The notes below the pieces were generated by a model. It was not told the DNA's origin, ran no database searches, and worked only from the letters and a program-made list of their open reading frames with translations. Shown in pieces: positions 1-12,445 of a DNA stretch of 64,000 nt. Numbering within the stretch: position 1 is the stretch's first letter; each line of letters starts with the position of its first letter. This DNA comes from Lytechinus pictus. Taxonomy: Eukaryota. The DNA is taken from contig NC_087245.1 in the NCBI RefSeq assembly GCF_037042905.1, positions 1,054,001 through 1,118,000 on the forward strand, in the 5' to 3' direction. The translations under genes were made by a program, and so were the position numbers.

Positions 1-22
1 CGAGATTAGAAGGTGTGGAGGT

Positions 23-382
23 GGAGGTGTCGTGGTGTAGTGGTTCAGTCACTTGACTCTTCAACCAAGGGTCGAGGGTTCGAATACCACCCGGCGCTAA
101 TGTCATTTGGCAAGGCACTTATCCACGATTGTCACTCTCTACCCAGGTGTTGTACCCGATGAGATGTGAACGTCATTGTAATTAGATTGGCACGTGTGCA
201 CCGATAAATGGTTGCCTGGCCAGGATACTCCCCAGAATACTCCCCATGGAGTGGAGATGATGCACTTTATGTGTGAACAGTGATGGATCCTATGACAGGG
301 GTAATAATAATTGCAATGTAAAGCGCTTAGAAGCCAACGTATGAAGCGATGTGTAAATGTTAATAATATTGTTTTATTATTA
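23..382 (+). mobile_element. tRNA-derived SINE (Pol III head, central domain, LINE-like 3' tail)
   Basis: A-box TGGTGTAGTGG (33-43), B-box GGTTCGAATAC (77-87), central GGCAAGGCACTT...ACCCAGGTG, tail TGTAAAGCGCTT...TAAATGTTAATAATATT ending in (TTA)-rich sequence. Confidence 0.85.
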
Positions 383-2437
383 GAGAACAATAATTACAAT
401 AAAATGTCATCTAATGCATCCTTAACAGATATTCAAATAAACATGTACAGAATGCAATAATAATAATAGTTGCGAATCATTTACATCTACAGCATGTCGT
501 TTGTAATGCTTTATAGCTACTGTTTGCTTCTTTGAGCTTCTGATTTTCAATCAAGGTAAGACCACCAAACTAGAGGAACGTAGTTTTATTTTAAGAAACC
601 ATTTCCACCGTGCGAGTTGTGTATCCTTAATATCTTTCTTCCTCTTATGGATGTGTGTGTTCTCCTGGGGTAAAGGTGGCCTATATGTCTTCCTGTCTTC
701 ATAATGGATAGATGGAGATACTCGATTGAGAGTTAAAGGGTCGGTATTAGATTTAAAAAACGGTTAGCTTGAAAGGGTGTGCCGTTCCACATGATATGTA
801 GGAAGCATAGGAACATAATATATTTTTAAGTGTGTGAATACAGAAACAAACTTATATATACACGTTGTCTGTTTATAATGAAAGGACTTGTTAGCCGTTT
901 CATCCAACAAATCCTTATTTATCCGACAGTAAATATAGTATTAAATCTTCTCAACCAGTCAAAATCAAGGAAAGTTGTCAGATCTAATACTGTCAATGGC
1001 GCTACGAAGAGTTAGTACACCTCTTGTTTAATGTACGAAAATAACGGCTTCGTCTTATTAGAAGATATATTATTTTATTGGTTATTTATTATCGCACTGT
1101 TTTCCCCCTGAATCTCCGGTAAAAAATGTTTTGTATATTTGTCTTGCGTGAGATTGATTTCACCCGATGTAAAGTTTTATTTGAATTATTTCCGTTGAGC
1201 CAATGTGCGTACTCTTGTTTTAATTAATAAGTCTGAATGATTGACTGAAGGTTTCTAGTAGTTATGTTGCTCAATTTGCCTTCGATAGATTTCGGAGAAT
1301 AAAACAAAGAAATGTAACATATATAGAAAGATATTGAAAAAAAAAACAATTAAGAAAGTTAAATGTTACAAGAGCAGAAAAACGTGATTGATCCTTTATT
1401 GAAATATGATCATCAAAAAGTACACGTCCTTTTTTATCTATATTTAATAATATCTGGAATTTTTCATGTTTGTATTTTATTTTATTTTACAGACAGAAAG
1501 GGAAAAAAGTTGGGGATATTTTATTGTAATGAAGATAAATTAAGGGAAACGTAGCTGTGAACGTTTGAACTCTTAAGCAAACTTTTTGTCTGGTTGTATG
1601 TCGTGAAAGAAACCTCCAGTTCGTGTCACTTTCGTGTTCCGTTATAGATTTATTTCCAGGGAAACGACGATTTAATTTCAGAGTTGGGAAGATGAATGCA
1701 TGGTAGGGTATCTTTAAAGGGAAACAGCTTTTGCAAAGTTGTGTTTAATGTGCAAAATATTGCTCCGGGGTCTTTCCACTACGCTCTCCGGAAATTAAAT
1801 TCATCTGAAGTGTATTGGCGTGAATAGAGTAGAAATGTAAATGGCCTTTAAAAAAATGTTAAACTAATACTATTTTCTAAGTCGTTGGACTTATACTTAA
1901 TCGGTACATTACGTAATATCTAATAGGCCCTATATCATTTAATACAGATTCATTACAGGTCATTTTTATTGGTTGTTTGTATTTTTTTTCCCTCATGAAT
2001 GTTGATGATATCTCTGACAATGTTGAATGGATTCCTTTTATCGGCTTCCCGTTTCGACTATCTCTGTAATGATTTAACCATCTACACCTGGTGCATCGTC
2101 ATGTCAATATATGACTTGTAATGGTTCCTTATATTTTGTTTAAGTTACCATTTGTAGAGGAAAAGTTCCCTTTAAAATGTTCCTAAGTTGGAAAGAAAAT
2201 GTGGTCTTATGGTAGAGTGTTTCGAATTGACTTACGAAACCCCAAGACGCCATGAGTCATATCGGCACAGGATGTTCCCATAATAAAAATAAAGTTAGAA
2301 TGAAACAATTCCTTGGTACTGAGATTAAGGTGGTATACCCGATGTCGTTTAAAGAGATATGTGAGTGAAAATGGAGGCTGTCGATATGTCACAGTATACG
2401 TGTACATTAAATGTTTTTATTTTCCCTCTACTTTCAG

Positions 2438-2614
2438 ATAATGGAGGAACGAGAAAGATATGATACCTTACATGAACTGGAGAAAGAGAGTTCTATGATT
2501 CAACTCAAGATGGAAGGAATGAAATGGCGACAAGAGAGGGCGCAACTATTCAATCGAATTGATGAGGTCAAAGCCAAAATGACTGATCTTGAAAAGCAGG
2601 CTGGTGGAGAAGTG
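2438..2614 (+). CDS. Large coiled-coil protein (SOGA/MTCL-like?), first coding exon seen in window (IMEERERYD...KQAGGEV)
   Basis: Polypyrimidine tract + TTTCAG acceptor at 2437, GTG|GTAAAT donor at 2615, 177 nt, phase 0-0, E/K/R-rich helical translation. The start may be ATG 2441 or lie upstream. Confidence 0.85.
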
Positions 2615-2664
2615 GTAAATAACAAACAAATCTCCCATTCATTTATTGTCCTTACCCATTGCAG

Positions 2665-2872
2665 CACTGGCGGATCCAGGGGGGGGGGGGGAAGGCCCGT
2701 GCCCCCCATCCCTTTCGAGAGGCACAATTAAAATTTGTAATGTAAAAATGCCGTTAAAACAAAAGTGTGCCCCCCCCCCCTTTTATTAAAGTGATTTTTT
2801 TTTTGTGTGTGTGTCAAATTTTTCCCCGGGAAAATGTGCCCCCCCTTTCCAAAAATCCTGGGTCCGCCCCTG
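2665..2872. mobile_element. hAT-like MITE with poly-G/poly-C subterminal tracts
   Basis: TIRs CACTGGCGGATCCAGG / CCTGGGTCCGCCCCTG; 8-bp TSD CATTGCAG (2657-2664) / CTTTGCAG (2873-2880), 7 of 8 identical. Confidence 0.8.
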
Positions 2873-4260
2873 CTTTGCAGCTATACATGAAAAATATGCC
2901 AAAATAGATATACGTAGCTATCAATTTGGGATTAATCATTATGTTATATCTATCCATCTCTGTGTACATGATTGAACATTGGTTCTAGAATAATTAATCC
3001 TTAAATCAACCATCATTATTGTTTTTTTTTTTTTAGATTTGATCACATCATACAATATACACAACAAAATTTTCATTATCGCAGGTTTTTTTTTTCATGA
3101 ATGATGATTGACGCGTTCTGTTCCTATAATAAAAGCCAACCATGATTCTTTTATTTTTCAGAATAGTCCGTTTATAGCCACTTTCACAAAGTATAATCAT
3201 TTATATTATATCACCATTGCATAATGCGCACATGCCTTTCCAACTTGAATATTAAAATGTTCTATTGATATCTAAAAGACCGATCACTTAGCAATCCCCA
3301 TCCCCCAAGAAAAATTGATAGATTGATATACAGCTATCATATATCGTTTGAAATGTAAGTTATTGGTACATCGTTCTAATTGATAATTTCAGTAGCATAT
3401 ACATTGGATATGCTTGTTGAAATATTTATTTTAAGGTGAGGAAAGGGAGGGCGTTTACACAAGTTATTTCCCTTGTGATATGTTTCCTAAATAGAAGGTC
3501 TACCTCGCAAATTGCAAGACATCAACTCCCAGTCGAGTCATCTATCATTCTGATACTTCCTCCAGCTTTGGGATTTGACATATAATCTCAATCACCAGTC
3601 TATCCTATTGGAGATTTAATATGAAGGACGTTTTATCTCATTCACCTAATTGCAAGTCCTTGCCCAAGCATGTGCTGATTTGTAAGGATTTGTTTTTCAT
3701 CCTCTACAACTTAATCTCAACGAGATGAGCTATAGATTAGTATATATAAATTTACACAATTCCTTATCATTTTACAGATAGATTTTTTTTCTACAAGGAA
3801 ATACAACTCTGTAATGTCCAGAAACAGAAAACATTCTATTTAAACACAGTATGAGGAAGATTGGGGATAAAATGTTGAAAGCTACTGTGATAATTATCTA
3901 TACAAGCACAACAGCTGTGAATATGCCCTATATAGACGCTCAATGGCTGAGTAATATCTACAAGTTTTGATTTCATTTTCATGGTTGCCGATAGACATAA
4001 AGTATTTTGTTTTGAAAGTTGGTGGATTAGAGAGAAGTTTGCAGTATGTTTGGAATTATCAACTAAGGTCATTAATTGTTCATTTTTAAATTTCAATAGT
4101 TCTTCAGATATCTGAAATTGTAATCATCGTATGTAAGTATGCTCTTCAGTAATGCTTGCTAATACAACGTACATGAAAGGGATCAGTTTTGTTTCAGAAA
4201 TATTGACATTTCAGCGATCTATTTCGTCACTTGCTTATCATATTACTCTGTACTCTCCAG

Positions 4261-4413
4261 AAACACTCGACTCCCGGTTCTAGTCCCGTACATTCCCAAC
4301 GTGAAGAGTCCCAGAAGCTTCTACAACGTCTAGAAACAGAGGTGGAAGGATTGGATGGTGAATGTTGGAAGTACAGACAACTAGCTGATGGACTGAAGAA
4401 CAAGATGGAAAGG
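4261..4413 (+). CDS. Coiled-coil protein exon 2 (KHSTPGSSPVH...KNKMER)
   Basis: CTCTCCAG acceptor at 4260, AGG|GTATGG donor, 153 nt, phase 0-0, in frame with neighbours. Confidence 0.88.
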
Positions 4414-4965
4414 GTATGGACAGGAATAAGAATATGTCAGTGTGTAATCAAAGATATTGCCCTTCGTTTAATCAATTCCTTCCGTGTAGCTCGTGGTAAC
4501 TGTATAGGAATTATCTCGCGGAGTGTTGTAATCTGTATCAGTCGCTAGAGGGCGGTCCATGCACTTTATTGGACAGATTACTTCAAAATACTTGCTATTC
4601 TCTGGTCCAAACAAAATATATACATAATAGAGGGGAGGATAGTTGACAATATTTGGGTTTCCGGAGGTGGAATGTTTCCCTTACCCCGGTTGAGAAGTTA
4701 TGAGGTGTTTTAGTCCACCATTTCTGTTGAATTCAGTTTTTTTTTAAACGCCACACGCTGTCCCTACAGTAATTAGTACACATCATTTACATGTATCTAT
4801 TTTCAAGTATCGTTGTTCGGGTCTATCGTCATTGCTCATACAGGGTTTTTTTATGCTGAGATTATGAAGTATGAATATTTTAATCAAAGAAATCCTTTAT
4901 CAAAAACTTGTAAATTAGGTTTTTAAATGTAAGATACGTTTACATCTCTCTTTGTCTTATTCCAG

Positions 4966-5985
4966 TTAACTGCCCAGAACGAGGAGCTCAAAGCTTCAAA
5001 TGATATCCTGAATCAAGAAAGAACTATTCTGCATGCCAAACTATCCAACACTGAACAAGAGAAATCAGAAAACGAGGTGCGAATCAAAAGAGAACGAGAA
5101 ATATACGAGATGGAGCGAGATAAGCTCCGAGATCTTCAAATGGAACGAGATGAGTTAGAGAGGATACTCCAGCCATTACAGACAAGGATTGACCACTTAG
5201 TCGCTGATAGTGAAGCAGTTCTGAATAAGAAAGAGCAGTTAGAAAACAGTGTAAGGACTTTAAGTGCTATGCTTGACGAAGCTGAGGAAGCAAGACAACG
5301 TGCTGAAAACGCTCTGAAAGAAAGCGAGCATAATATGCAAAACGACTCTAGTAGATTAAGACAAGAATTTGAAGAAGAATTCAACTTGAGAGTGAAGGAC
5401 AAGAATATGAGAATTGATGATTTGGAAAAGGAAGTGAGGACTAAGTCGAAAGAAATTGAAAATCTAAATGAAAGATTAAAATCTCTTGAGCGTGATCTGG
5501 ACGAAAGTAAAAAATCACTAGATGACTTCCAGAAGAAAGATGTCGCGGAAAAGCAACGGGGTAGTCCTAGCGGAAGTCCAAAGGGAAGTCCGACAAGGGA
5601 CCCGGAGCAGCTCCGACAGAAGTTGGCTACCAAGGAGCGTGAGTGGTCTCAACAGAGAAAATGCTTTGAGGATACCGTGGATAGACTTAACAGTACCCTC
5701 AAAGCCAGAGAGTCGGCCTGGGACAACGAACGTGAAGATTTAAAGAACGATCTTACTAAAGCTCAGCAGGATCGTAAGGATAAAGAAATTTCCTGGAATG
5801 CTGAAAGGGCTAAGTTGTTGAAAGAGATCGCAGATCTCAAAGCTTCTTTGAGTAAGAGCGAATCAGAGAGTAAAAGGCAGGTGAATGAACTCAGACAACG
5901 GCTTGAGGCAGCCACGGAACTTGTAGAAACTTATCGTTTAGGTGAGACTAAGTTCAAAGAGGAAAGGCGTCGACTACTTCAACAG
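4966..5985 (+). CDS. Coiled-coil protein exon 3 (LTAQNEELK...RRRLLQQ)
   Basis: TTCCAG acceptor at 4965, CAG|GTACGT donor at 5986, 1020 nt open frame (ORF 5077-6024), heptad-rich. Confidence 0.95.
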
Positions 5986-6310
5986 GTACGTCTTAGTAAA
6001 GTATTGAAGTTTGAAATACATTAGCAAAGAAAGTGCCGTCTGTTTATGGAGTTTGAAAAATTTATCTTCGAGACTATATCTTTGTGAATATTTTCTTTTA
6101 AGTTAAACCAAGTGCAATTATATTTTGACCTTTTCAAAATTTTTAGAGAATGTTGTTTGGAATATTCTTAACAATTTCTTTAGAAAAAGACAAAACATCG
6201 TCCATTGTTCTTTGGGGTCCATGCAGTACGGGAACTAATTTTTGTTTCCTCAGCGATGTCTCCAATGATTTGTTGTTTTTCTTTTCTTGTCTTTGCTGGT
6301 ATCATTCTAG

Positions 6311-6682
6311 ATTGAAGACAAAGAGTCTTCCGTCCAAGTCAAGCAAAAGGAAATAGAGCGAACACAAACACAGCTAAGCAACCAGCAGAAGCGACTGGAA
6401 CGAGTCCGTGTCGAGATCCTAGACCGTTTCCAACGGGAGGAGAAGGTATGGAAAGCGGAGATTACTGCCTGCAAATTCAAGCTTGAGGCGGAGACCAAGT
6501 ACTTCAACGACGAAGTGGGGAGTTTGCAGAAACGACTGGAGAATGAGTCTAATGATTACCAATCCCAGAAGGAACAGTTGAACGAATCAAAGACGGAGCT
6601 TGATCGATTGAGAACTATTGTTGATAATACAGACAAGGAAAAAGAGGCTCTTAGGAGTGAGAGGGAGAGGGAGAACCTCGCT
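6311..6682 (+). CDS. Coiled-coil protein exon 4 (IEDKESSVQ...RERENLA)
   Basis: TTCTAG acceptor at 6310, GCT|GTACGT donor at 6683, 372 nt, phase 0-0; contains VEILDRFQREEKVWKAE. Confidence 0.92.
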
Positions 6683-7046
6683 GTACGTATTTCCATACTC
6701 ATTTTTATTATCCCCTACATGTACATATTCATTGTCGTCATTGTCATCTAATTTGTATTATTTTATCAATGAATTTGATTCCCATTATTACAATCTTTAT
6801 TTTGTACGAATTACCAAGAATTTATTAGGAGACAGCTAATGCATGTATATGAATTGCATGAGTTTCAATATCATATGCCATGATGGAATGTCGGGTGATT
6901 GTTTTTTTATTGTTTTTGATAACAATTCCATCCCAAGGACAGAATATAGATTTGTTTAATACACCTGTATAGTAGAATTCGAAGTTTTTTTGAGAAAACT
7001 ACTTTTCATTTGAAGATCATCTATCATATCGGTCTCTTGATTTCAG

Positions 7047-7214
7047 GCCAAGAGGTCTCGTCAAGTCTTGGAGAATGCTCAACAAGAGAAAGAGAAGCTA
7101 GCAACAAGTCTGAGTCAAGAGAAACATAGAAGAGAGATCTTACAGAAGAGTTATGCCAGCGAGAAAGCAGGCTGGGAAGTATCTCGTAATGAGATGATGG
7201 CCAAGATCGCTCGG
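7047..7214 (+). CDS. Coiled-coil protein exon 5 (AKRSRQVLE...MMAKIAR)
   Basis: TTTCAG acceptor at 7046, CGG|GTACGT donor, 168 nt, phase 0-0. Confidence 0.92.
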
Positions 7215-7958
7215 GTACGTATCGTTAATTACATATTGTTTTTTATCAGCTGTTCATCTTTGTAAGGAGACATTCAAGGGTGCCAATCCACTTTTAAGAT
7301 CATGATTTTACCGGCGTGAAAGTGTGTCAGAGGGATCATCCTACCTTCCTAGAATATGCCATCTAGGTGATAAAACCTTGCAATTGTTATAGGATGTCCG
7401 AATGTGGTTATGATGAGGATGGGATAGTCTTCTGCCCATTCATGATTCATTAACCTCAAAATCTCGACTTAATATTGGTTGATTATCCTGTATAAAGGTA
7501 GATTGCACTCATCCCTTAAAGGAAATACCACTCTAGGTATCGACCTGCCTCATTTATTCCCAAGAAGTTATGGATCATCATGTGTGAATAATTCTCACTG
7601 TGAGGGTGATCTGTGAAAACGACCACATCCCGAAGGTGTAGATGAAGAAGCCTTTCCACCTGTAGGCCTACCATATTATTGGTTTGTCCATTTTACTGAA
7701 CTCAAGAGAAGCTTTAGAATCGTACATAATCACGACCGCGATGGCTTCATTACTCCATTTCGGTAGAAATTTGTGACCGGTAAAGTTTATGTAAAGCCAT
7801 AAGAGCATATCATGTTATTGTCTTCACAAGCTTAATGGAATTCCAAAATTGTTATTTCCCACTACGAAATAGTCCCATGTATTTAACTCCGAACAAAATT
7901 ATGCCGATGTTTATTCTCGCTGAGCTCCAGATACATGTAATATTTGGATTAGTCCAAG

Positions 7959-8230
7959 CAGTGGCGTACCTAGGATTTTCCACAAGGGGGGGGCAAAACC
8001 GTCCGCCAAAAAATTTGACAAGCAAAAAAAAAAACAAAAAAAAAAAAAAGGTCTTCAAGCTCGTCAGGGGGGACAATAAAGGTCTTCAAGCTCGTCAGGG
8101 GGGGGCAAAAAAGGTCTTTCAAGCTCGTCAGGGGGGCAGGGATACGTCCTTTGCATGGGTTGTGGCTCGTCAGGGGGGGGGGGCAGACTGCCCCCCTGCC
8201 CCCCCCCCCCCCCCCGTAGGTACGCTAGTG
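7959..8230. mobile_element. hAT-like MITE
   Basis: TIRs CAGTGGCGTACCTA / TAGGTACGCTAGTG; perfect 8-bp TSD AGTCCAAG (7951-7958 and 8231-8238); internal repeats of AAGCTCGTCAGGGGGG. Confidence 0.9.
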
Positions 8231-8539
8231 AGTCCAAGTCCGAAATAGGTCGTAAACAGGGGGAGGTGATGTAAAATAGCAGTCTTTTGACGCAAATGAT
8301 GTAATAATATTTATATTTTCTCTTCGAATGTATTGCTCCACAAAATTTCCAAGCGTCTTACCAGTTTTTCAGGGTATTGGCTGTATGATGTGTCATTACA
8401 TTTTGTGTGACCTACCGATGTCAGCAACTCTCTGACAATTCGACCTCTTATGACAAAATGACGAAAAGGCGAAATATGGAAAAAGTGATAAGTGATGGCA
8501 ATAATTGCAATATAATCTTCGCAACATTCGCTGCTTACA

Positions 8540-8822
8540 TTATAATAATAATGATAATAATATAGGGTATTTATATTGCGCACATATCCACCTTGTTAGG
8601 TGCTCAAGGCGCTCCTATATAACCCGGCTAAGCTAGGCATTCATAGCGCACACAGCTTTTTAAGGAATTACTTCCTACTGGTACCCATTTATCTCACCTG
8701 TGTCAAGTGCAGCACATTGGGGATCAGTTTCTTGCTGAAGGAAATAACGCCATGGCTGGGATTCGAACCCACGACCCTCTGTTTCAAAGTCCGGAGATTA
8801 ATCCACTGGGCTACAACGCTCC
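8540..8822 (-). mobile_element. tRNA-derived SINE
   Basis: Minus strand reads GGAGCGTTGTAGCCCAGTGG (A-box)...GGGTTCGAATCCC (B-box)...CAGGTGAGATAAATGGGTACC...AGCGCCTTGAG...TATAAATAC and a (TTA)n tail. Confidence 0.88.
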
Positions 8823-9027
8823 ACCATTATGTGAGCCGATGGCTAAAGGCAAACACCTCACATGCCTTATGAAAGCATTTAGTGATGTTTGTTGATCACA
8901 GATAGGTTAAGAAGCAAACCCTCGTGTTTTTTCGCCTATTCCTTGTAATCTTCCCAAAGGCTTGTCTCTTATCACTCTCGTTATATCCGTTTCCACTTTA
9001 TTTCAAGTTTACTTCCTTTTCTTTTAG

Positions 9028-9279
9028 CTTGAACAGCAGACCAAACTAAAGAAGGTTAAGCTTGAAGATCTCCAGGCACGGCTCCAGGCCTCCTGGGACC
9101 AGGAGCGAAGTGAACACAAACGGATCCTTACAGAAGCAAACTACCGAGTGATGGAGATGCAGAAGGAAATGGAGAGAAGAGACAGCCAAAGGAGCAGAGA
9201 AGGGTCGGGCTCTGAGGGCGTCCTTGCAAAGAAACTTCTGGAAGACGAACGAAGGAAGTCGACCGAACGTATTCACGAG
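9028..9279 (+). CDS. Coiled-coil protein exon 6 (LEQQTKLKK...STERIHE)
   Basis: CTTTTAG acceptor at 9027, GAG|GTAAAT donor, 252 nt open, phase 0-0; absent from the ORF track in this frame but translates cleanly (ASWDQERSEHKRIL). Confidence 0.92.
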
Positions 9280-9569
9280 GTAAATCAATAAACAGGAAAA
9301 GAAAAAAAACAAGGAAATAACAATGAGGTCTACCTATTGTACTTCTCTCAAGTTTCCCTCATTCATGTATTTCTATTTGTATCATAACATTTAAAAATCA
9401 TTCTCCGTGAAGGCACAAGGGTGAATGTTGTCCATTGGCGAACGTGTATCTTCTTTGTGGAATCGATCACCATCATCGTAATTACTGTTAGTCCTAAACC
9501 TTCATGAATAAATTGTTCTTTTGAAAAAACGAAATAGAACTTATTTCTGTCCTATTTTGTCTCCCTCAG

Positions 9570-9749
9570 CTTGGTGCCGAGTTGCAGAAGTCCAAAGACG
9601 GCCACAAGCGAATCGGTCAACTAGAGGCTAGGTATCAAAGAGATCGAGAGCTGTGGAGGAAAGAACGAAGTGATTTACAAAAACGACTTCAAGACTGTCT
9701 AGCCACTAGAAGATTAGAACACAATAAAATCGACAGTTTTATACAAGAT
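9570..9749 (+). CDS. Coiled-coil protein exon 7 (LGAELQKSK...IDSFIQD)
   Basis: CCCTCAG acceptor, GAT|GTAAGT donor, 180 nt, phase 0-0. Confidence 0.92.
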
Positions 9750-9791
9750 GTAAGTCAAGTTGCTATTTTGTAAGTGGAAAAATCAACGATC

Positions 9792-9925
9792 AGGAGAGCA
9801 TTTTATGAACGTTTGTCCTCCCTGACAACTCTTTTTTAATTGACCGATACTCACAGGTGTCCGTCGTTTACTTTGATAACTGTCATATGAAACATTCGAT
9901 AAATCTTCTCATAAAACGCTTCCCG
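9792..9925. mobile_element. Degenerate MITE related to the 31102-31267 family
   Basis: Imperfect inverted ends GGAGAGCATTTTATGAA / TCATAAAACGCTTCC; internal CTGACAAC and GATAACTGTC motifs resemble the 31.1 kb element. Confidence 0.5.
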
Positions 9926-10163
9926 GGACCCCGGACCACATAGTCGTTTAGGATAAACTATTTAGGTTTTTAAAAGATTTAGTTTACATCATCAATAAGT
10001 TACGATTTCCGTATTAAATCTGTACATTTTTTAAAATGAAATTAAAACAAGTTTGGATATGTAAAAGCAGCGTTGAATCTTTGGTGCTTGTAATCCAAAT
10101 TCTTGAACGGAGAGTGATGATTTCTGACGTGCTGATTTATTAATTTCTGTTCCTTTTCAATAG

Positions 10164-10250
10164 CTTCAGAATCTAAAAGGAGCTGTTGAAGCAACGGATC
10201 GTCTGACGCGAACAGATATTCAAAATGGCGGTCGACATGAGCAAATCATC
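10164..10250 (+). CDS. Coiled-coil protein exon 8 (LQNLKGAVE...RHEQII)
   Basis: TTTTCAATAG acceptor, ATC|GTAAGT donor, 87 nt, phase 0-0. Confidence 0.88.
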
Positions 10251-11959
10251 GTAAGTGTACAGACAGTACGTATTGAATAACCCCTACTAACATTTTGTGT
10301 GTATTTGTCTTCACTTTCATCACTTGTAATGTGCTTGCTCTTAGGGGTTGTTTTTATATGCTTTTTGTAATTTGTTGTTTTATTCATTTCATCTTTATGC
10401 ATTCCCATTATGTGTATAGGTTCTGTACTTATTCGTGATGGTGATAAATGTATCATCTATCTATCTATTTTCTTTGTTCCTCAATTTTTTTTTTCATTTA
10501 TTGGGCTTGTATGTACATGACTTTTATGTATCTATTAACAGGGGTGGCGCACAGGATGCATGCATTTCCTTTTAAAAGTTAACCCAAAAATGAGGCGAAA
10601 AGGGAGAGGGAAATAAATGAAAGAAGGGTATAAAGAAGATATATTTGGGCAGTGCAACCCTATAATACTCCTATTATCTTTCAAGTTACAACAGAATTAC
10701 ATAACCTTCCAATTGTCTTCAACCCCCCCCCCCCCCACCCCCATCAAAATAACATGACTCCGTCATCGTGGATGTGGTATCAATACCTAAAATCATAATG
10801 ACACTGAATGATGATTCTATTACATCGGTTTTATTCATTCACCAAAGGATGGGATATGAAAGTATTTTGCTGAATAGAAATCATTCTCAAATAAGAAAGT
10901 TAGGTTTATGCAAATCTGATTTTATATGGATATCGAGTTAACATGTTTTTTTTTTACCTAGAATGAATACGATATCTAAATAATTTCTTCCTTTTTGAAA
11001 TCATCTTTAATATAGTCATGAAGCCTATACATCCAATTTTACCTGTTTCCTTACTTTTACTTTGTACTTTAAACAAAGGATTACTTCACAAAGTTTTCAT
11101 TTGTTCGCATTTGCCAAGCAAAATTTAATTGTGTATGAGCAGTAATTCAAAGTATCTTTTTTTTCCTCATCACTATTTTCCTCTACCACATTCAGAAGGC
11201 AATTTTCATTTTATGCGCACTGCATTTTTTTCTTGCAATACAAATTTCATTGTGTGTTTGCTAATTGAAGCTTAAAATATTGCAATTCGTCTGCTTTAAA
11301 ATCCACTCTAGCATTCATGATATGAAGCCGATATATAAAGTTGTCAATAACGTTATAGATGGATATTGACAACCGCTCTATTTTTGCATGATTTTCATTG
11401 AATAATTAGTTTGACATAAATCGTTCATCTTCATTCCATTCATGCTTTTTTATTTCTGTTGCGATATTCTTCATTTTTTTTTGCATTAACTATTTTCATG
11501 TAATTAATATTATATTGTGTTTAATTATAATCTTGCTTTTATTATTATTAATGATCGCTGCAAAAAAAAAAAGAATTTCACTGCTGAATTACCATTTTAA
11601 TAAAAATTCACACATAGTTCTTTGGAATTATCTGTTTTTCGTAGTTGAGAAAAGTGTCATATTTTATGCATACATAATCAAGTAAAGATGATATCTTAAA
11701 GAAAGTGTGCAATCAGTATTCTCTTCTACCATCCTGTAACTCGATAATTGTGATCTTTTGAACTCACATCTGCGCAGGTAATACAAAACTGCTGAATTGA
11801 ACTTTAAAATTAATTTTACTTTCATCTTGAAGATAGCCACAAAAGTTGATAACCAAGGTCGTTCTTCGCACAGGCATTATGTGAGCTAATGGGTCAGTCA
11901 TATGGAAATAACTGAAATGAAATGAAAGATGGAAAAGGTAAATTCTCCAGGCGATAAAA

Positions 11960-12060
11960 GTAATAATGATAAACAGTTCTTGTATAGCGCATATCATATT
12001 ATGAACGTTCCTATATGCGTTTCCAAAGGACTTGGATATTATTATAACCCAGCTTTAGCC
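11960..12060 (-). mobile_element. SINE 3' tail fragment
   Basis: TAATAATGAT...TGTATAGCGCATATC...ATAACCCAGCT resembles the tail of the 8540-8822 SINE. Confidence 0.45.
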
Positions 12061-12214
12061 TGACGATCAGTTTAACTGATAATGTTGTTTAAATACGTCG
12101 CTTACATTCTTGAGACATAATATTCCCTTATAATTCATTGCTTCATACTATATTGCATTGCTTCATTTCATCCATGCTATTTCGAGGCTATTATATTTTT
12201 ACTCCAAATCACAG

Positions 12215-12445
12215 CAAAAAACCGTTGTCAAGACAACAGAAACCAAACCACTTCAAAAGGCACCACCTCCCGCTGAAGAAAACAACGCCATCTATCGGCA
12301 GCTTCGTAAACAGGTTTCAGAGCCTTCCAATGTGTGTACTGCTGCAGCTGAGAAGTCAAATGATGTGGTTAACTCCGGTTCAGCACCGGTTATTACCCAT
12401 AGACATTCGACATCCGAAAGACCGGCAACATTTACACTCGATGAG
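12215..12445 (+). CDS. Probable (possibly cassette) exon 9 (QKTVVKTTETKP...PATFTLDE)
   Basis: ATCACAG acceptor at 12214; GC-richer coding-like block in an AT-rich intron; 231 nt, phase 0-0; weak donor GAG|GTTCAT, with an alternative CAG|GTTTCA at 12314. Confidence 0.65.

Noticed and set aside
23..95. tRNA gene
   Set aside because: A and B boxes are present, but there is no complete acceptor stem or poly-T terminator and it runs into a SINE body; the same applies to 8750-8822.
1490..1710. Possible upstream exon of the coiled-coil gene (ATG|GTAGGG near 1701)
   Set aside because: Phase-compatible, but the donor is weak and there is no other support.
5136..5633. 165 aa minus-strand ORF (also 17495-17902, 17808-18290 and 9046-9312)
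   Set aside because: Antisense shadows of real + strand exons.
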